NCBI GenBank assembly: GCA_002633005.1 | Contig: NMRA01000199.1 | Span: 88,505-152,504, forward strand | From: Phoronis australis | Taxonomy: Eukaryota > Animalia > Phoronida | Direction of reading: 5' to 3' | Length of the DNA: 64,000 nucleotides | Shown here: piece after piece, positions 30,517-64,000 of the stretch | Numbering within the stretch: the first letter of the stretch is position 1 | Layout: the number at the start of each line of letters is the position of its first letter | Translations under genes and position numbers: made by a program | The notes under the pieces: model-generated | The model's input: only the letters and a program-made list of their open reading frames with translations | The model's database searches: none | What the model was told of the DNA's origin: nothing

Positions 30517-30934
30517 CTATTATAAACTATCAAAAAATTTACTTTTTTATATCCATTGCATTTAATAAAGTACTTTTAATATAAATTGAGTATTAGTTGG
30601 AAATCATTGATGCTTTTATACACTTTTGCTGAAAACGTAAGTTTCAAATTAAAATAGTTTACATTTCATCCACTAGGGGTTGAACCAGAGCACAGAACTG
30701 TAGTGAAGACGAATGGTAGATTCCAAAGGTCTTACCTTGTATTTACTACAGAACATTCTCAGTTCAGTTTCAGTTGTTACGAGGGGAAGGTGCTGTCCGA
30801 TGTTCTGTGCAAGCCAGAGTGCGAACGGAGCTCATGAACCGACCCATGAACTTGAATAAAAGAATAATTGAAAGAGTTGATTTTTTGAAACTTGTCTTGG
30901 GGCTGCTGCTGTGAGAAATGTTACTCGCTCAATC

Positions 30935-31023
30935 CACAGGCGTCCTCAGCTTCTGATCGTCCCCAATACACTACATATTATATGTAGTGTATTGGGGACG
31001 ATCAGAAGCTGAGGACGCCTGTG
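30935..31023. mobile_element. 89-bp perfect palindromic MITE with 8-bp target-site duplication
   Basis: 44-bp arms CACAGGCGTCCTCAGCTTCTGATCGTCCCCAATACACTACATAT and its exact reverse complement, with a 1-nt spacer (30979). Flanked by GCTCAATC at 30927-30934 and 31024-31031. Confidence 0.92.
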
Positions 31024-31036
31024 GCTCAATCGCTGT

Positions 31037-31600
31037 TTGTCGGGACTGCACCAGCAATGTCGCGAGCAGTCATCTGTGTGCATTGCACACCATACTCCAC
31101 AGCAACTACCAGTCATTTTCCGTACCGCGCATTACCGGCATATGGAACTCAACGAAAGGGATTTGAAGACTGTGCAAACAAAAATCAATTCGTACTTGTC
31201 TTTGATCAGGAACAACTCACCGATATGCTTTACGTGTTCAACACAAATATCTGAAAGTTTGAACTCGTCTGTTTACGCGAACTTAAAAAAAAACGACAAG
31301 ATATACACGAAACTTCACGGGGCTGTGACGCTGTGTCATTCAGCCATCAAGAACCTTGGACAAGGGTCAGTTCTACAGCGATTTGGCAGACGCATCAGGA
31401 CTACAAACTGTGTCATGAGCATAATACTGAGGAATGTGGAATGTGGACTCCAGAATGTGCTACCATGCCAAGGGAAGTTCAACCCAAGAGTACAAAAAGG
31501 ACAGGTACTATCTGAAGAAGAGGCCGACCAACATGAAACTGACGGATCTGTTTATAGTACAGAAAACATAGCATCTACTAGTGCCACTGACTACAACTGA
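31037..31600 (+). other. Cys-rich orphan ORF (187 codons; 152 aa from ATG 31142); possible transposon-derived relic or orphan gene
   Basis: Longest ORF in the track, with no recognisable family. Removing the 89-bp MITE plus one TSD copy extends the frame upstream (...WGCCCEKCYSLNRCLSGLHQQC...). ATTAAA at about 32032. Confidence 0.25.
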
Positions 31601-32265
31601 CTCAGTTACTGACTGCATTTTAGTCATAACAATAACAATTTAACCACACAACAACTGGAGTTGTTAATTTTGGGTGGGTCATAGGAAAGGAGAATTTTAT
31701 ATAGAAAGGGTTTGAGGTGGGAAACAAGTAGTGGGACTGGGGCGTGCCATACAAGTAATAAGACAAGCGATGAGCCTGTACTCTGACATATTTCCCTCAA
31801 AATTCAACACAGTGAACACCAAATCCCTTCTCATTTACAGGACCTGTCCACAGCTGACACTGTCCCACAGGGTGAGACTTTAAAGAGAGCGTTTGTTTTA
31901 GACTATGGGAATCTTGGAAATTGAAGGGTGCTTGAAAGAATTGGCCATGGCAGAAAGAGGGTTGTAGTACTTGTAAAATCATATTTTACAGTTGTATGTA
32001 GTTCCACTGTAGCACATCGTCGCTGATGAACATTAAAGTGTCATTTGAAATGTGTGGTCTACTTAATCACAAGCACCACATCCACGCCCAGCTGCCGGGC
32101 GCCTGTGCTACTGAGCTGGTCCAAGTGTACACACATTTCTTCAATTTTTACAAAAACATAGAAAAAACCTTCAACAAAAACTATTGTCCTGACTTTGATT
32201 AGTGACAGAAAGAAGGATTAGTGGCTAAACTTGAAAATATTTCAAAGTTGAAATTTCGCCAGCAA

Positions 32266-33237
32266 AACACATGTCACTGGATTTGTCACCTTTTCTTCAG
32301 TCTGCTGAAAACTGGATGCAAAGAATGACATGTTTTCAGATATTTCACATGAAAATCGCTACAGATGAGCACAGAAACTTTATTGTGTCTCGTATTTTTG
32401 GCCCTTTAATTCACTCCTACTGAAAAGCAAGGTAGGGTAAGAAAAAAGGGGCAAAAAGCACAAAATCGGCACTTTTCGCCCCCAAAACAGTCAAAACACC
32501 ACTTCCATGCCGATGCACGACTAAAGACATTAGAATCTGGGTGCGCGCATGCATTCACTGAGTCTACATGCAATACTCACCTACAAAATGCCCCCAAGCT
32601 TGGCCTACCCCTAAATTTTAATACCAGACGAAAGCAAAATATTAAAATAAAGGGCTGGGCCAGGCATGCATGGGGGCAATTTTTAGATGGGTATTGCATG
32701 TAAGACAAGTGAATGTGGTTTCTATTATGTTTGTGAGCATGTTGAGAATGAAAAAAGACCACTCGCTCGTCCGTACTGCAGCACTCTTGTTTAACTTGAT
32801 GGCGGCCCCCTGTTGCAATTGTGCATTGCTGGGTATAGCGACTGAGAAATTGGCCGCGATTTTAGGTAGCCCTTATTAAACAAGCCAGTTTTTCAAAAAA
32901 AAAAAAACTAGTCGGCTGACAGTACTTTTGGACCACATTTTTGGAATCGGTAGGAAATTTTCTCTTCGGATTCTTATGTTGGCTTTAGTCGAACATCGGC
33001 AGGGAAGTGGTGATTTTGGGGTGAAAATTGCCGATTTTGCATTTTTTGCCCTTGTTTTTTTTACTAGCTTGGTTTTTAGCAGGAGTGAAAGGGTCAAAAA
33101 TACAAGAGAGAATAAAGTTTCTGGTGCTCATCTGTAGGGCTTGTGATGTGAAATGACTGAAAACTTTTCATTCTTTGCCTGCAATTTTTGACAGAGTGAA
33201 GAAAGGGTGACTGGGGACGAGTCCATAGACTTGTGTT
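32266..33237. mobile_element. About 970-bp foldback/MITE with about 270-bp imperfect inverted arms
   Basis: 32266-32539 is an imperfect reverse complement of 32968-33237 (e.g. ctacagatgagcacagaaactttatt vs aataaagtttctggtgctcatctgtag; accacttccatgccgatg vs catcggcagggaagtggt). Confidence 0.85.
32552..32715. mobile_element. Small palindromic element nested in the foldback spacer
   Basis: cattcactgagtctacatgcaatactcacctacaaaatgccccca... pairs with ...tgggggcaatttttagatgggtattgcatgtaagacaagtgaatg. Confidence 0.75.
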
Positions 33238-36200
33238 CCCATAGGCAAAACCCTGTGAGAGCTGTTCTGTTTCCCCTAATGAACGTAACCTTGTTCCGGC
33301 CGCTGCTGTGCGGTGAACTTGGAATCCTGCTTAAGATCTCAAGATCGTGTATGCGTGAATTTGGAAATGAATATTCATTAGGGCAAGCAGGTGAAAAACT
33401 TGTTCAGTGTCAAGAATTTTGTAATTATTGTCCTCTGTTAATGATCACCCATTTGCTCCTTTAGCGTGACTTGTGTTAAAGAATCGGTGGAATATGTGAA
33501 TAGTTAAATCAATTATTGTTTGGCGAAGAAGATCGCCAATAGTTAAAAAGGGATTGGATAACTTGATTTACGTTATTTTTATTAAAAATGTTATTTGATT
33601 TAGTGCAGTGCAAATCTTTATTAATGTGAATATGATTATAAGTTGAGTGAACTTGTTAAGTTTCTTCGTGTATTCCAACATGTGGAGAACAAGTTTCTCG
33701 CTTACACTGGTCACTGCTTACAGTCCCTATTACTCCCAGACAACTAGATGCCTATTCAACACTCCCTTTGTATTGATGTAGATCTGAGCCAATGAAGTGG
33801 AAAGGTAATAGCTAACACCACTGTCTCAACAATGGTAGTTGTTATTTCACCTGCAAATTGGTTTTCTTTTGCATTTGCACGGAGTTGGCTTGCAACTGTG
33901 GAAAGCAGTCTTAACTTGGTACATTTTGAATATTACAAAATGACTAAAAAGTTCATTTGTGTTTCTCTTGACAAAGGGTCACTTCCCAAGGGAACGATGT
34001 TTCCCGCGATACCGGTTTTCAGTATTTCATTTTTTGATACTCGATCTGGCCACTTGTTTTTTTTTTATTCTTTTTATTCTTACCGGGAACGGGTATTTTT
34101 ATATCATTTTTAAACTTGAAGTACCAAATTAGTAGAAGATTTTGATCTTCAGTACATAACTTAATTAGTTCAGTTAATCGTGAACCCATCCCTGAAATTT
34201 CCATAGTACAGTTATACTAAACATTTCACGGCAAACGAAACTGCTCTTGTCGTTTGCTCAAGTTTAATCTTTATTAGAACTCAAATCATAAAATATATAC
34301 AAAAGTGTAAATATGGTGATAGCCAAACTGAACATCTTCGATTGCCTTGACTACGATGTCGTAACTCAGTATTCTAGCTATTTATCAGTCTTAAAATTGA
34401 TGAGTGGGCACAAGTACAACTGTTTTCTAGACAAAAATCTGGTTAAACGAGATTGAAAGAATATTAAAAGAATAATCCATGTGATATTGTTAACTCTAAT
34501 CAGCGTTTGTAAATCCACCAATCGAGTATATCATAACGCACGGAGTCTTCAATTGTACCCAATGTTTGTAGTTTTTAGATTATTAGTTCATCGATTTTTA
34601 AAAATCTAAAACCATACTTGGTTGTTTTTTCTAGCTGAATACCGCAGTGGAGTTCGTTTTTACGGAAAATTATAGGTTAATGCATTTTGAAAATTCGCCA
34701 GTATGTACAAGCAGAGCTGGTTACTATAGTTTATGGTCGGGTAATTACACGTAATATTGGGTCTTGCTCGCACCGGACAATGCAGTCATCACAACTGTCA
34801 TCCGACTCCGGCGCCGCGCTCTCTTTGATCCCTGCTTAATTTCAAGATAGTGTATGCGTGAACTTCTTACCGTGAGTAATACGCTTTCAAGGAAGTCACA
34901 TTTCTAAAGATAGGTGGGAATTTTCACCGCAACTTGCCGGTGTTTAGTAGATTCGGAGATGGCCGCCGGCGGTGGGTGGCCCAGAACCCTGGAGTTGGGG
35001 ATTTTCTCAACAAAGCGCTCCCCTAGGTTATTGGCTAAGATAAATTCTAAAACTGAAGTATTTACTGCTACCGAGTTATTCTGTCCTGAGCCGTTTAGTC
35101 AGGGTACGGGCTCATAGACCGGAGTTCCGCGGCTGCTGGACTGGTACAGCCGACAAATTAGTGAATAAAATAAAAGTTTTAGTCATGATCAGCCAGTAAA
35201 TATGAGCACATACGATATACAAATCATAGAAATAATTTCAGTAGCATGTAATGAAATGTCTCAAGAAATCCTTATGTGCGCTCCTGTTGAAAGGGTATAC
35301 CCGGTTTTGGCAGCCAGACAATCCTATTCTACATGTTACAACGGGTGATTCCGAGTTGGATTTTACAGTGATTCTTTTGGTCTTTCTCCGGCACTGGCGC
35401 CATTGCCTTTCACTAAAAGCCGCAGGCCTCAGTCAGCGATTCAATATGCCGTTTAGCAGATTTCGATAGCCTACAAATTTTCCCCAAAATTTGAGGGATG
35501 CCGATCGAGGGCTATAGAGCATTATTTTGTTTCGGGGAATTGAATGATAAAGACGTCATTAAGATCAGTTCATAGGCCAAAACTGACCCGGCGCCAATCC
35601 TTTTGACTATAATCGTTCTCGTCCCGCCACTGACGGGGCAACTCAGTAATGAGTCCCTCCCCCATTGATTGAAATTCACAGTATTGGCGTTAGGGATAAG
35701 ACCACCAATATATTGATCAACTGTGCGGTGTGTATATACACTGAGTACAAATGAAGTCAAGAATTCGGATTGCGCATTATCCAATTGGAAACAAAGCACA
35801 AAAACATTACACTAAACTTCGGCGTCGACAACGCGGACTCAAATATCACATCGGATCCGAGTCATGAGAACACAGTGCGTCATTTGTATTCACGGGGTCT
35901 CGATATAAAATCACTCAACATCTATATAAATGTACTGAGCACAGCACTGACATGCGACTCAAATGACCAGGCTAGAATGTCAGACTGGCCATAAATAACA
36001 GATTTAGGTTCGCCGTGAACGATCATAAATTGATGGTTGTATCACATAGCGTGAGAGTTTGCAAGTCTTTAGTACAGAATGAAACAGAAGAAATACCCTT
36101 TGTTCCTGCAGTGAGTTTAGCCAAAAATTACCCTTTCGCCTTCGAATCGGAGAGCCCCCTGTCATGCCTGCAGGAAAAATCTATTACGTTTTGTTCATTT

Positions 36201-36747
36201 CGGGGTACTCGCTCAATCTGAGTAACTTTGCGTCAACCTCACCCTAGCCGTACCGCGGTTTGTTAGATAGGCCTACCGACAATGATTTGCATGAGATCTT
36301 ATATAGGGTTCGGCTTGAGAATTTCCCCGGTAGAAAAGCAAGATCCCCGGCACACTTCGCACCCGCCTGTATTGCAAGCCGAAGCACGTGATCAATATAC
36401 TTGTTTGGCAAAATTCATTCTTGTTTCTGACGAAGCTCTACGAAGCATTTGCATTTCTCAATCCTGCTTTGGTTTTTAAGAGCGCAACAGACTTGGCTCG
36501 AGATTCCCGACACTACGGCCAGACAAGTCCAGAAAGTTGCGCTCATACCGGCTTTCATGGTCCCCACTTACTGGTCAAAAGAACCCCGGCACTCAGTAGT
36601 GAGGAGGTGCCACACGCTGTTCAGGTCACTCACGTGGCTATTCAGTTACGTCAGATATGCTAATTATCCATTTAATTGTCACTGCGTGGATGAAGCTTTT
36701 ATCTTGCATGGTTTAGCTGCGGAGAGTTTGGGTTATAGTTGCCCATC

Positions 36748-39700
36748 ATGGCAGGAAAACAGATGAACGACATAACCTGGGCAAAATTCCGAGCTTTTTA
36801 CGATTTTTTTGGTAAGATTTTATTTTCTGTGAGCTTATATATTAAATTCGATAACCATACGTGATGCCGACGTCCCGCCACCGGAGCCAATCTGTTCACA
36901 AGTGTATGTTTGACGTATTGGGAGTAAACTTTTGCAACTACTCTGATTAAGAATTGAATGTTGGTTCTCAAAAACACGATTACAATGCATGTTCTTTCGA
37001 TTCTGTGTTTCAGATGTTTATGAAGAAGAGAACTTGAATGAGACGAGAATCATGGGTTTTCACAAGGTAGCTAGCCTACGTATTAGATCATTTCGATAGA
37101 ACAAGATATTAGTCAACCGTGGAATAACTAGAATGAACTCCCCAGTAGTTCTGTGCACCTAATAATTTGTCGAGACTCGAATACGTGTCGGGTTCAGGTA
37201 CTACGTCACTGATTGACTCGCCTGCAGCGTACTACTACATGTTTTATAATGTTTTTTTTCCAAATTATCAATTATCATTTTTGCATTATGCAACTTTTAA
37301 AAGTATTACCTTTTGAAAACAATCCCTTTCGTCTGGGCGAACAGTAAAAAAGCACAGTATCCGAACGTTTCATTGGAATCTGATAACAACAGATACTTCT
37401 TGATGGATGTTCCGAGTGCCGTATAAGCAAGAGAATTTGATTGTTGTCCTCTAGGTCTCGGCATGATCCCGAATGAAAAGTCTAAACTCCGTGTGGCATT
37501 GAATTTTTAAGGAGCTTTGGTTGACAGACTTTTCGAAATCGGAAATCTCTGGAATTAAATTATGTGATTTGGATTATTTTTAAGCTTGTGTTGAGTTATA
37601 CTGAATGGAGCCCGACTTCGACGGAGTCCTGTTGCCTACACGAGTGTCTAGAGGAGGCTATTTGGATAGGTCAGGATCAAGGCGAAGGCATTTCGTTCAA
37701 ATGTAAGACAGCCCGGTTAAACGGGAAACACAAAATTGAAGTTTGAACTTCACTTTGCATATTCGGCCTCGCGAAATGAGGACTGAGGCTATGCATATAT
37801 ACATTCATGTACGGTTGAATTATGCTGAGTGCTATCTGAATAGATTGGTTCATTAAGGAGTACCAACTGTTTTGATTTCTGGTCTCTCCCCACACAATTC
37901 ATTTTCACGTATACTTGTACAGTTTGTATGTCAACTGAGTGGAATATGGTGAACTTTTGTCTTTGTATTGAGTATGGTTTAGAGACAATGAACCGAAATG
38001 TCGATCAATATGTAGTTATTTACTGATATGCGCAGATTTTAAAGTTCGTACTCATATTTTGGCCAAAAACAAAATAATGTGATTACTCGAAACTCTACTC
38101 GAAATTGATACAGTTTGTGTCACGCTTCGAGTAAACTCACAAATGTGTACACCGAATCACTCTTATTGTTATCGAAACGCTTGTCGGGCGATACTTTTAG
38201 TTGCCGAATGATGAGCCAACGATTTCAAATAAAAAGCAATGCGCCATTTTTGAATTCGCAATTTTGGGTTGGCGGGCCATTGCAAAAAATGAATGCGTCA
38301 CTAGTGGCTTTGATGTTCATTTTTGGTAACGGAAATCGGATTCTATGGTGGTAAGGGATATTATAGCCCGATTTTATCTTATTTAGTAAGTGTCTTAATA
38401 AATTTTGCTAATGTTTTGGTAGCTATAATAATAAAGAAAAAGGTTGAATTCCGAACCTGAATCCAAAACAGGCCTAGACGGAGTTCGGAGATCAGACTCA
38501 ACCGGTGTAGTTTCAAAATTGTCTTATTAATGTAGCCTATAGGCTTTTTATATTTTATAAGTAATTTAGCCTAGCATGTTACGTTATTTTGTCAGTCAGC
38601 TAGGATTGGTCTTTCAGGCTGTGAAATCATAGATCAACGGTGAAAATTAAGGTTGCTGTGTTATTCATGTATTTGGAAGAACGGGTTACAAATTGTGCTT
38701 ATATTAACTCATTTTTAACATCACCTTACAGCGTTTAAAAAATGCCCTGGTGTATTGGATAATTGCAACTCAAATTAATATGCTTTATGATGATCGCTGA
38801 AATGTGTTTAAGCCTGATTCATGGTCAATGGTGAAATCGGATGGCCAGTCAGCAAATTTGGTTGGCATGTACAGCACGGAAGAAGAGACATTTAATTGAA
38901 TATTAGTTTTATTTCAGTGCCCGTGACCCCAGACATGTTCATAACGTCACTGCATCGCCAGTTAGAAGATTGCAAGGGATTCCAACACCTTCCACTTTGG
39001 CTACAGATTTTTCCAAAACTATTATTCGAAATTATCGACAGAAATGGTAAGCTCATATTTTTCTTTTCCATCTGTATAAATGAAAACAAAATGCCGGCAT
39101 AAATCTACTGACATACACGAACACTGGTCTCTCAATAACTTTTTACACTTGCAACGTAGTGCTGACCCGGTCCGATGGTATGCAATGTGAACTCAAGGTT
39201 TAAATTTATTTTCTTAATAATTACATGAATCTCTACCAATTCATTTTATCAATTTTCAACGTGTCAAATATTGCTTGAGCCTTGACAAAGCTGACAGGTT
39301 TTCTTCCCAAGACTAGAAAAAGCCGCGGTCGACGCCGGAAAGAACGAGTTTGTGATCTAATTTAAATCAAAATATGTCACAGTCAACCCAGTAAGCTCGC
39401 TAAATGTCGCAAATGTAAAATGTTATGGAGAGAATGCTGGACATTGTATACCAGAATTTCAAATAATTCAAAATTCTATTTTCATACAGGTGACGGGAGG
39501 ATTGACATGGTGGAATTGTCTTGTTTCTACGGGTCTTTTTTTAACTACAAAGTGTCCAAGCACAACCTGATGACTGCCTACTCCAGCATGACAGAAGTAG
39601 GTAACCCACTAGAGTTGGTTAACATGTTAGTCCAACCACTCCTTTCCCTGAACTCATCTGTGGCACTGTGAACAAATGTGATCCTAAAGACTTAAAGGGA

Positions 39701-40123
39701 TCATTTTATTCCTGAAATGGATTCATTTGACCCGTCTGTAATCATTCTTCAAAGGGAATTCACTGAGTCAGTTTCTACAAAGATCCATTAGTATAAATCT
39801 CCAAAGTTCAGGATCATACTGTTATATCTTACCACCTGGTTGTGAGACCTATTAGGCTGTTACTTGTCTTATATTTGCAGAATAACCACTTTTCCATCGA
39901 CCTAACTTTAACGGAGCAGCTATTCTGCAACTTTTTACTATCGAAAAACAGTGCAGGACCAGGCAAATATCTTTTCGCCTGCTTCAATCTACCAACAACG
40001 GATATCACGGCCTCACTCAAAGTGAAAAAAGAGCAGCCCGACACTAAACCATCGACCAGCAAGATGTCACCTGAGCCGACTGTGAAGCTGCCATGGTCAA
40101 ATGACTACGAATCAAGAGTGTGA
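36748..40123 (+). CDS. Divergent sarcoplasmic calcium-binding protein (SCP)/calexcitin-like EF-hand protein, 237 aa, 6 exons
   Basis: Exons 36748-36811, 37014-37066, 37585-37702, 38918-39046, 39490-39596, 39881-40123 total 714 nt, all GT-AG with matching phases. Protein: MAGKQMNDITWAKFRAFYDFFDVYEEENLNETRIMGFHKLVLSYTEWSPTS...CKGFQHLPLWLQIFPKLLFEIIDRNGDGRIDMVEL...AYSSMTENNHFSIDLTLTEQLFCNFLLSKNSAGPGKYLF. SCP-family hallmarks: F(Y)DFF-D start, LPxWxQ...LFxxxD, canonical EF loop DRNGDGRIDMVE, GPGKYLF tail. Exon 3 is the least certain. AATAAA at 40251. Confidence 0.8.
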
Positions 40124-40250
40124 TTTCAGCATTACGACAATTTTCTGACAGTGTTTGTACATGAGGAAAAAATACGTTGTACAATACCGGTAAATGTTCC
40201 ATAAAAATCTTTAACTTGTTAATTGACTGTTAGTGCATTACCCTGAGTAC

Positions 40251-40256
40251 AATAAA
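40251..40256 (+). terminator. Candidate polyadenylation signal of the SCP-like gene
   Basis: AATAAA 128 nt after the stop codon. Confidence 0.55.
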
Positions 40257-41078
40257 GCTCATCTGTGGTGGAGCCAGAGTCTTGTATTTATTAACTTTGA
40301 TATCGAAATCTGTTTCAATCAGTGATAACGTAACTTGTGACTACAAAGTTCGCATTCAAAAATAAACAAATTAACGATTTCTCAGCGTTGTGACACCATC
40401 CAACTTGGAACCATAATACTGTACATTTTTTTTCATTTAGAATCGCACTGATTACGACTAGCAAATTGTGGGGTAAAGTTAGTCAAGCCTTTGTATACCT
40501 GCGCCTGCAAATAGAAAGCTTCATTCTCTGTTTAATTTGCGACTGTGGTCAAACGGAATTGATTTTCAGCGTCATCAATGAGGCGTAATTTAGCTACGTA
40601 TTCCGCCTTTGCGAAAATAAAGACTTTCATTGGATACAGGTTCGAGATGGCAGCTATGGATCTGACATTTTGTTTGACCATAGATTATAGAGTATCTATG
40701 GTTTGACGAGAACATATTTCACGCAAGTATTTTTACCAGTTCAAAGAATTCGATGCAAGTTACAAGAGAGCTAGGCAATCGATGCACGGGAGGAAACTCT
40801 CAATGTTTCCAGCTGGTGGGAGTCTATACCCAAGTAGTGGCAAGTCCCTTCTGGGATATGGAACAAAAATACTGGGTGCCAATTTGCCATACACAACTCG
40901 CCAATGCACCAGTCTGGGTTTAAGAAAAGTGTACGCACATAGAAAAAAGAAAATTATTACTTTCTGGAGGCAAAAGTTTCTGCATTGGCAATAAGCCGCA
41001 GTTTCAAAGTGCTTTACAATTTGATAAACACGTATCATTGCTTTTGTCAATTCACACGAACAGAATAGCACAAAGTCT

Positions 41079-41084
41079 TTTATT
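41079..41084 (-). terminator. Candidate polyadenylation signal of LRRC9
   Basis: TTTATT on +, followed by a GT-rich tract on the minus strand. Confidence 0.45.
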
Positions 41085-42648
41085 CAACAACATATTTTAC
41101 AAATGTCACAACCATGTTTGCAAACATTATGTAATTAGACATTCTGTAACAAAAAACTTTACAACCATACTTGAACTAATTACAGTCCATTCACAATTAC
41201 GTCACGTGGGAATACTTGAAAACAAATACTGGAATGTGTTAAAATCCACATCAAACTATGGTGTTCAGTCAACTAACAAGACAATTTGTGAAACAGAATG
41301 GTAGTAGAAGGAAATGTAACTCTGTAAAATCAAACAATACACATTTTAAATAAGTTTAAAATCATGGGAAGCAATCGAGATCGAGATTGAAATGAATAAC
41401 TCCCACTACACAACACACCAATCCTACAACATCCAACAATAAACAGCTCCAGTTGGATCAACATTACATCTACCACATGTTAATTTTGTTATCAAACTTC
41501 TTGAAACAGGATACATGTTTAACAGAATATCACTATACACCAAGCTACTGCTTCATGTGAGAGTAACTCATTTCTTTAACACATCATTTCAAAAAGAACA
41601 TCCGGTAACACACAAGGCCATCATTATACAAATTTAAATTGTTTCTACCCGCCTTATTCTTGTTTCACACAGATAGGTAGACATGTCGGTAAAATATCTT
41701 TGGCAAAGTCATGCAATTATGGTTAACGAAGTGTTGTAAAACAGTACTATTCAATTTCTAAAATAAAAAAATATACAGAATGCTAACAAAAATTTTTGAG
41801 CTGCTCATGTAATGCATGGCTGATCTAAGTTGTTCTGGGAGACAAAACAACCTCAATCTATTCTTCATCAGAAATTGTCTAGTAACTATTTTTGATAAAT
41901 AATACAATTTCTCAACTCAGACTAAACAGTGATGAAGGTCGCTATACAAACAATGCATTACTAACATCCTGACTAGTACAATCTGAACTGCTTATATTTA
42001 TATATGTCTCACATTATGCACTGTATCACATTTTAGGAAGCATGGATATGATAGAATCACTCCCAACTGTTTTTGGAACAAATTCCTTTCCACAACAAGA
42101 CACTGAATGTCTTTTAATTGAGCACTTGGAAAATCGCAAGTTAAATACTAACAAAGAAGTTCATGTATTTTCCTTTAATACAATTCTAAAGTAGAAGTAT
42201 TGTGGATAACAGGTCACAGGTCTTTGGAAGTACAAATCAGTCTGAGGTAAAAACCACAGTACGAAACAGGTGATTACAGTAAAGCCAATTTCAGCAAGTT
42301 AGTGCAAACGTTACAATATTTACATGACTATCTTTTCCAACTGTCATTTTCTGCACAACTAAAGTCAGAATGTTTTCAAACCCATGCCACGCCTTCAATC
42401 TGTAGAGGCTTGCACAGCAAGACAATACTAGCCAATCTTTCGTTAAAAATGCTACCAGAGAGCTTGCTGGTGCAATTTTAATCAAATTTTGAAAACATGA
42501 GCATGATCAAAGTGTTAAGATACTAGCCTGTCTGATCGCATAAAGCTCCTCAAATTGGATACAACTGTGGGAAGACCTTTGAACTATAGCGTGAAAACAA
42601 CCAACAAACAAGCCAATCCACATGCCTTGGGTCATCGTGTCCAAAAAT

Positions 42649-42905
42649 CAGGGCTCAGGGTCTTATCTTTATATTTGAAATAGAACTCAAACATTCCGTT
42701 CTCCTTTACCATGAACTCCAGATAAATGTTTATTAATTTGTACATTGTAGTTCATGTGTATGAGTGTAAAGTCGATTTGAAATTGCTGACCCCATAATGT
42801 ACTCAAGCACAGTATTACAGGTTAAGTTTATTTTCAGTCCAGGCAAGTGTAGAACAGAAAATGTCTAAAATAATTTCGAGTAGAAAGATTAGACCCGAGG
42901 TCCTT
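42649..42905. mobile_element. Second copy of the CAGGGC-terminated MITE family, in the LRRC9 3' UTR
   Basis: Inverted termini cagggctcagggtcttatcttt / aaagattagacccgaggtcctt, and an arm similar to 22438-22493. Confidence 0.65.
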
Positions 42906-42928
42906 ACCTCTCCGGATTTGTTATTTCT

Positions 42929-64000
<21,072 letters not shown>

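Noticed and set aside
30691-30809. CACAGAAC...GTTCTGTG short inverted termini resembling the neighbouring MITE
   Set aside because: Only 8 bp match, the flanks are not a clean TSD and the interior is not palindromic.
33240-36700. Several 60-105-aa ORFs in the intergenic region
   Set aside because: No recognisable motifs or consistent splice structure; probably decayed repeats that I could not classify.
38618-38639. Alternative SCP-like exon GCTGTGAAATCATAGATCAACG containing an in-frame TAG (pseudogene hypothesis)
   Set aside because: Exon 37585-37702 has the right phases, is open and matches the SCP 'YTxW' helix better.

Overview
This is AT-rich, intron-rich eukaryotic (animal, probably marine invertebrate) genomic DNA, so most entries in the ORF track are spurious or are fragments of exons. 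Four genes were assembled by hand from GT-AG exons with consistent phases. (1) An uncharacterised 20-exon, 1105-aa protein on + (3402-21060) with two cadherin-like beta-sandwich repeats, a U-box-like domain, TPR-like repeats and an RG/RGG-rich region. (2) RAD51 on - (24424-28896, 335 aa), with a candidate E2F/CRE/CHR promoter near 30.47 kb. (3) A divergent 237-aa sarcoplasmic calcium-binding protein (SCP)/calexcitin-like EF-hand gene on + (36748-40123) that keeps only one canonical EF loop. (4) The 3' 29 exons of LRRC9 on - (42929 to beyond 64000), including its ADP-ribosyltransferase-like central domain. Introns and intergenic DNA hold many non-autonomous elements: palindromic MITEs, nested foldbacks, Helentron/DINE-like elements, a tRNA-derived element and satellites. 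One is a perfect 89-bp palindrome with an 8-bp target-site duplication that interrupts a Cys-rich orphan reading frame. The best candidate for something undescribed is gene 1, a putative U-box/TPR ubiquitin-ligase-like scaffold. All domain calls come from motifs recognised by eye; no database searches were run.
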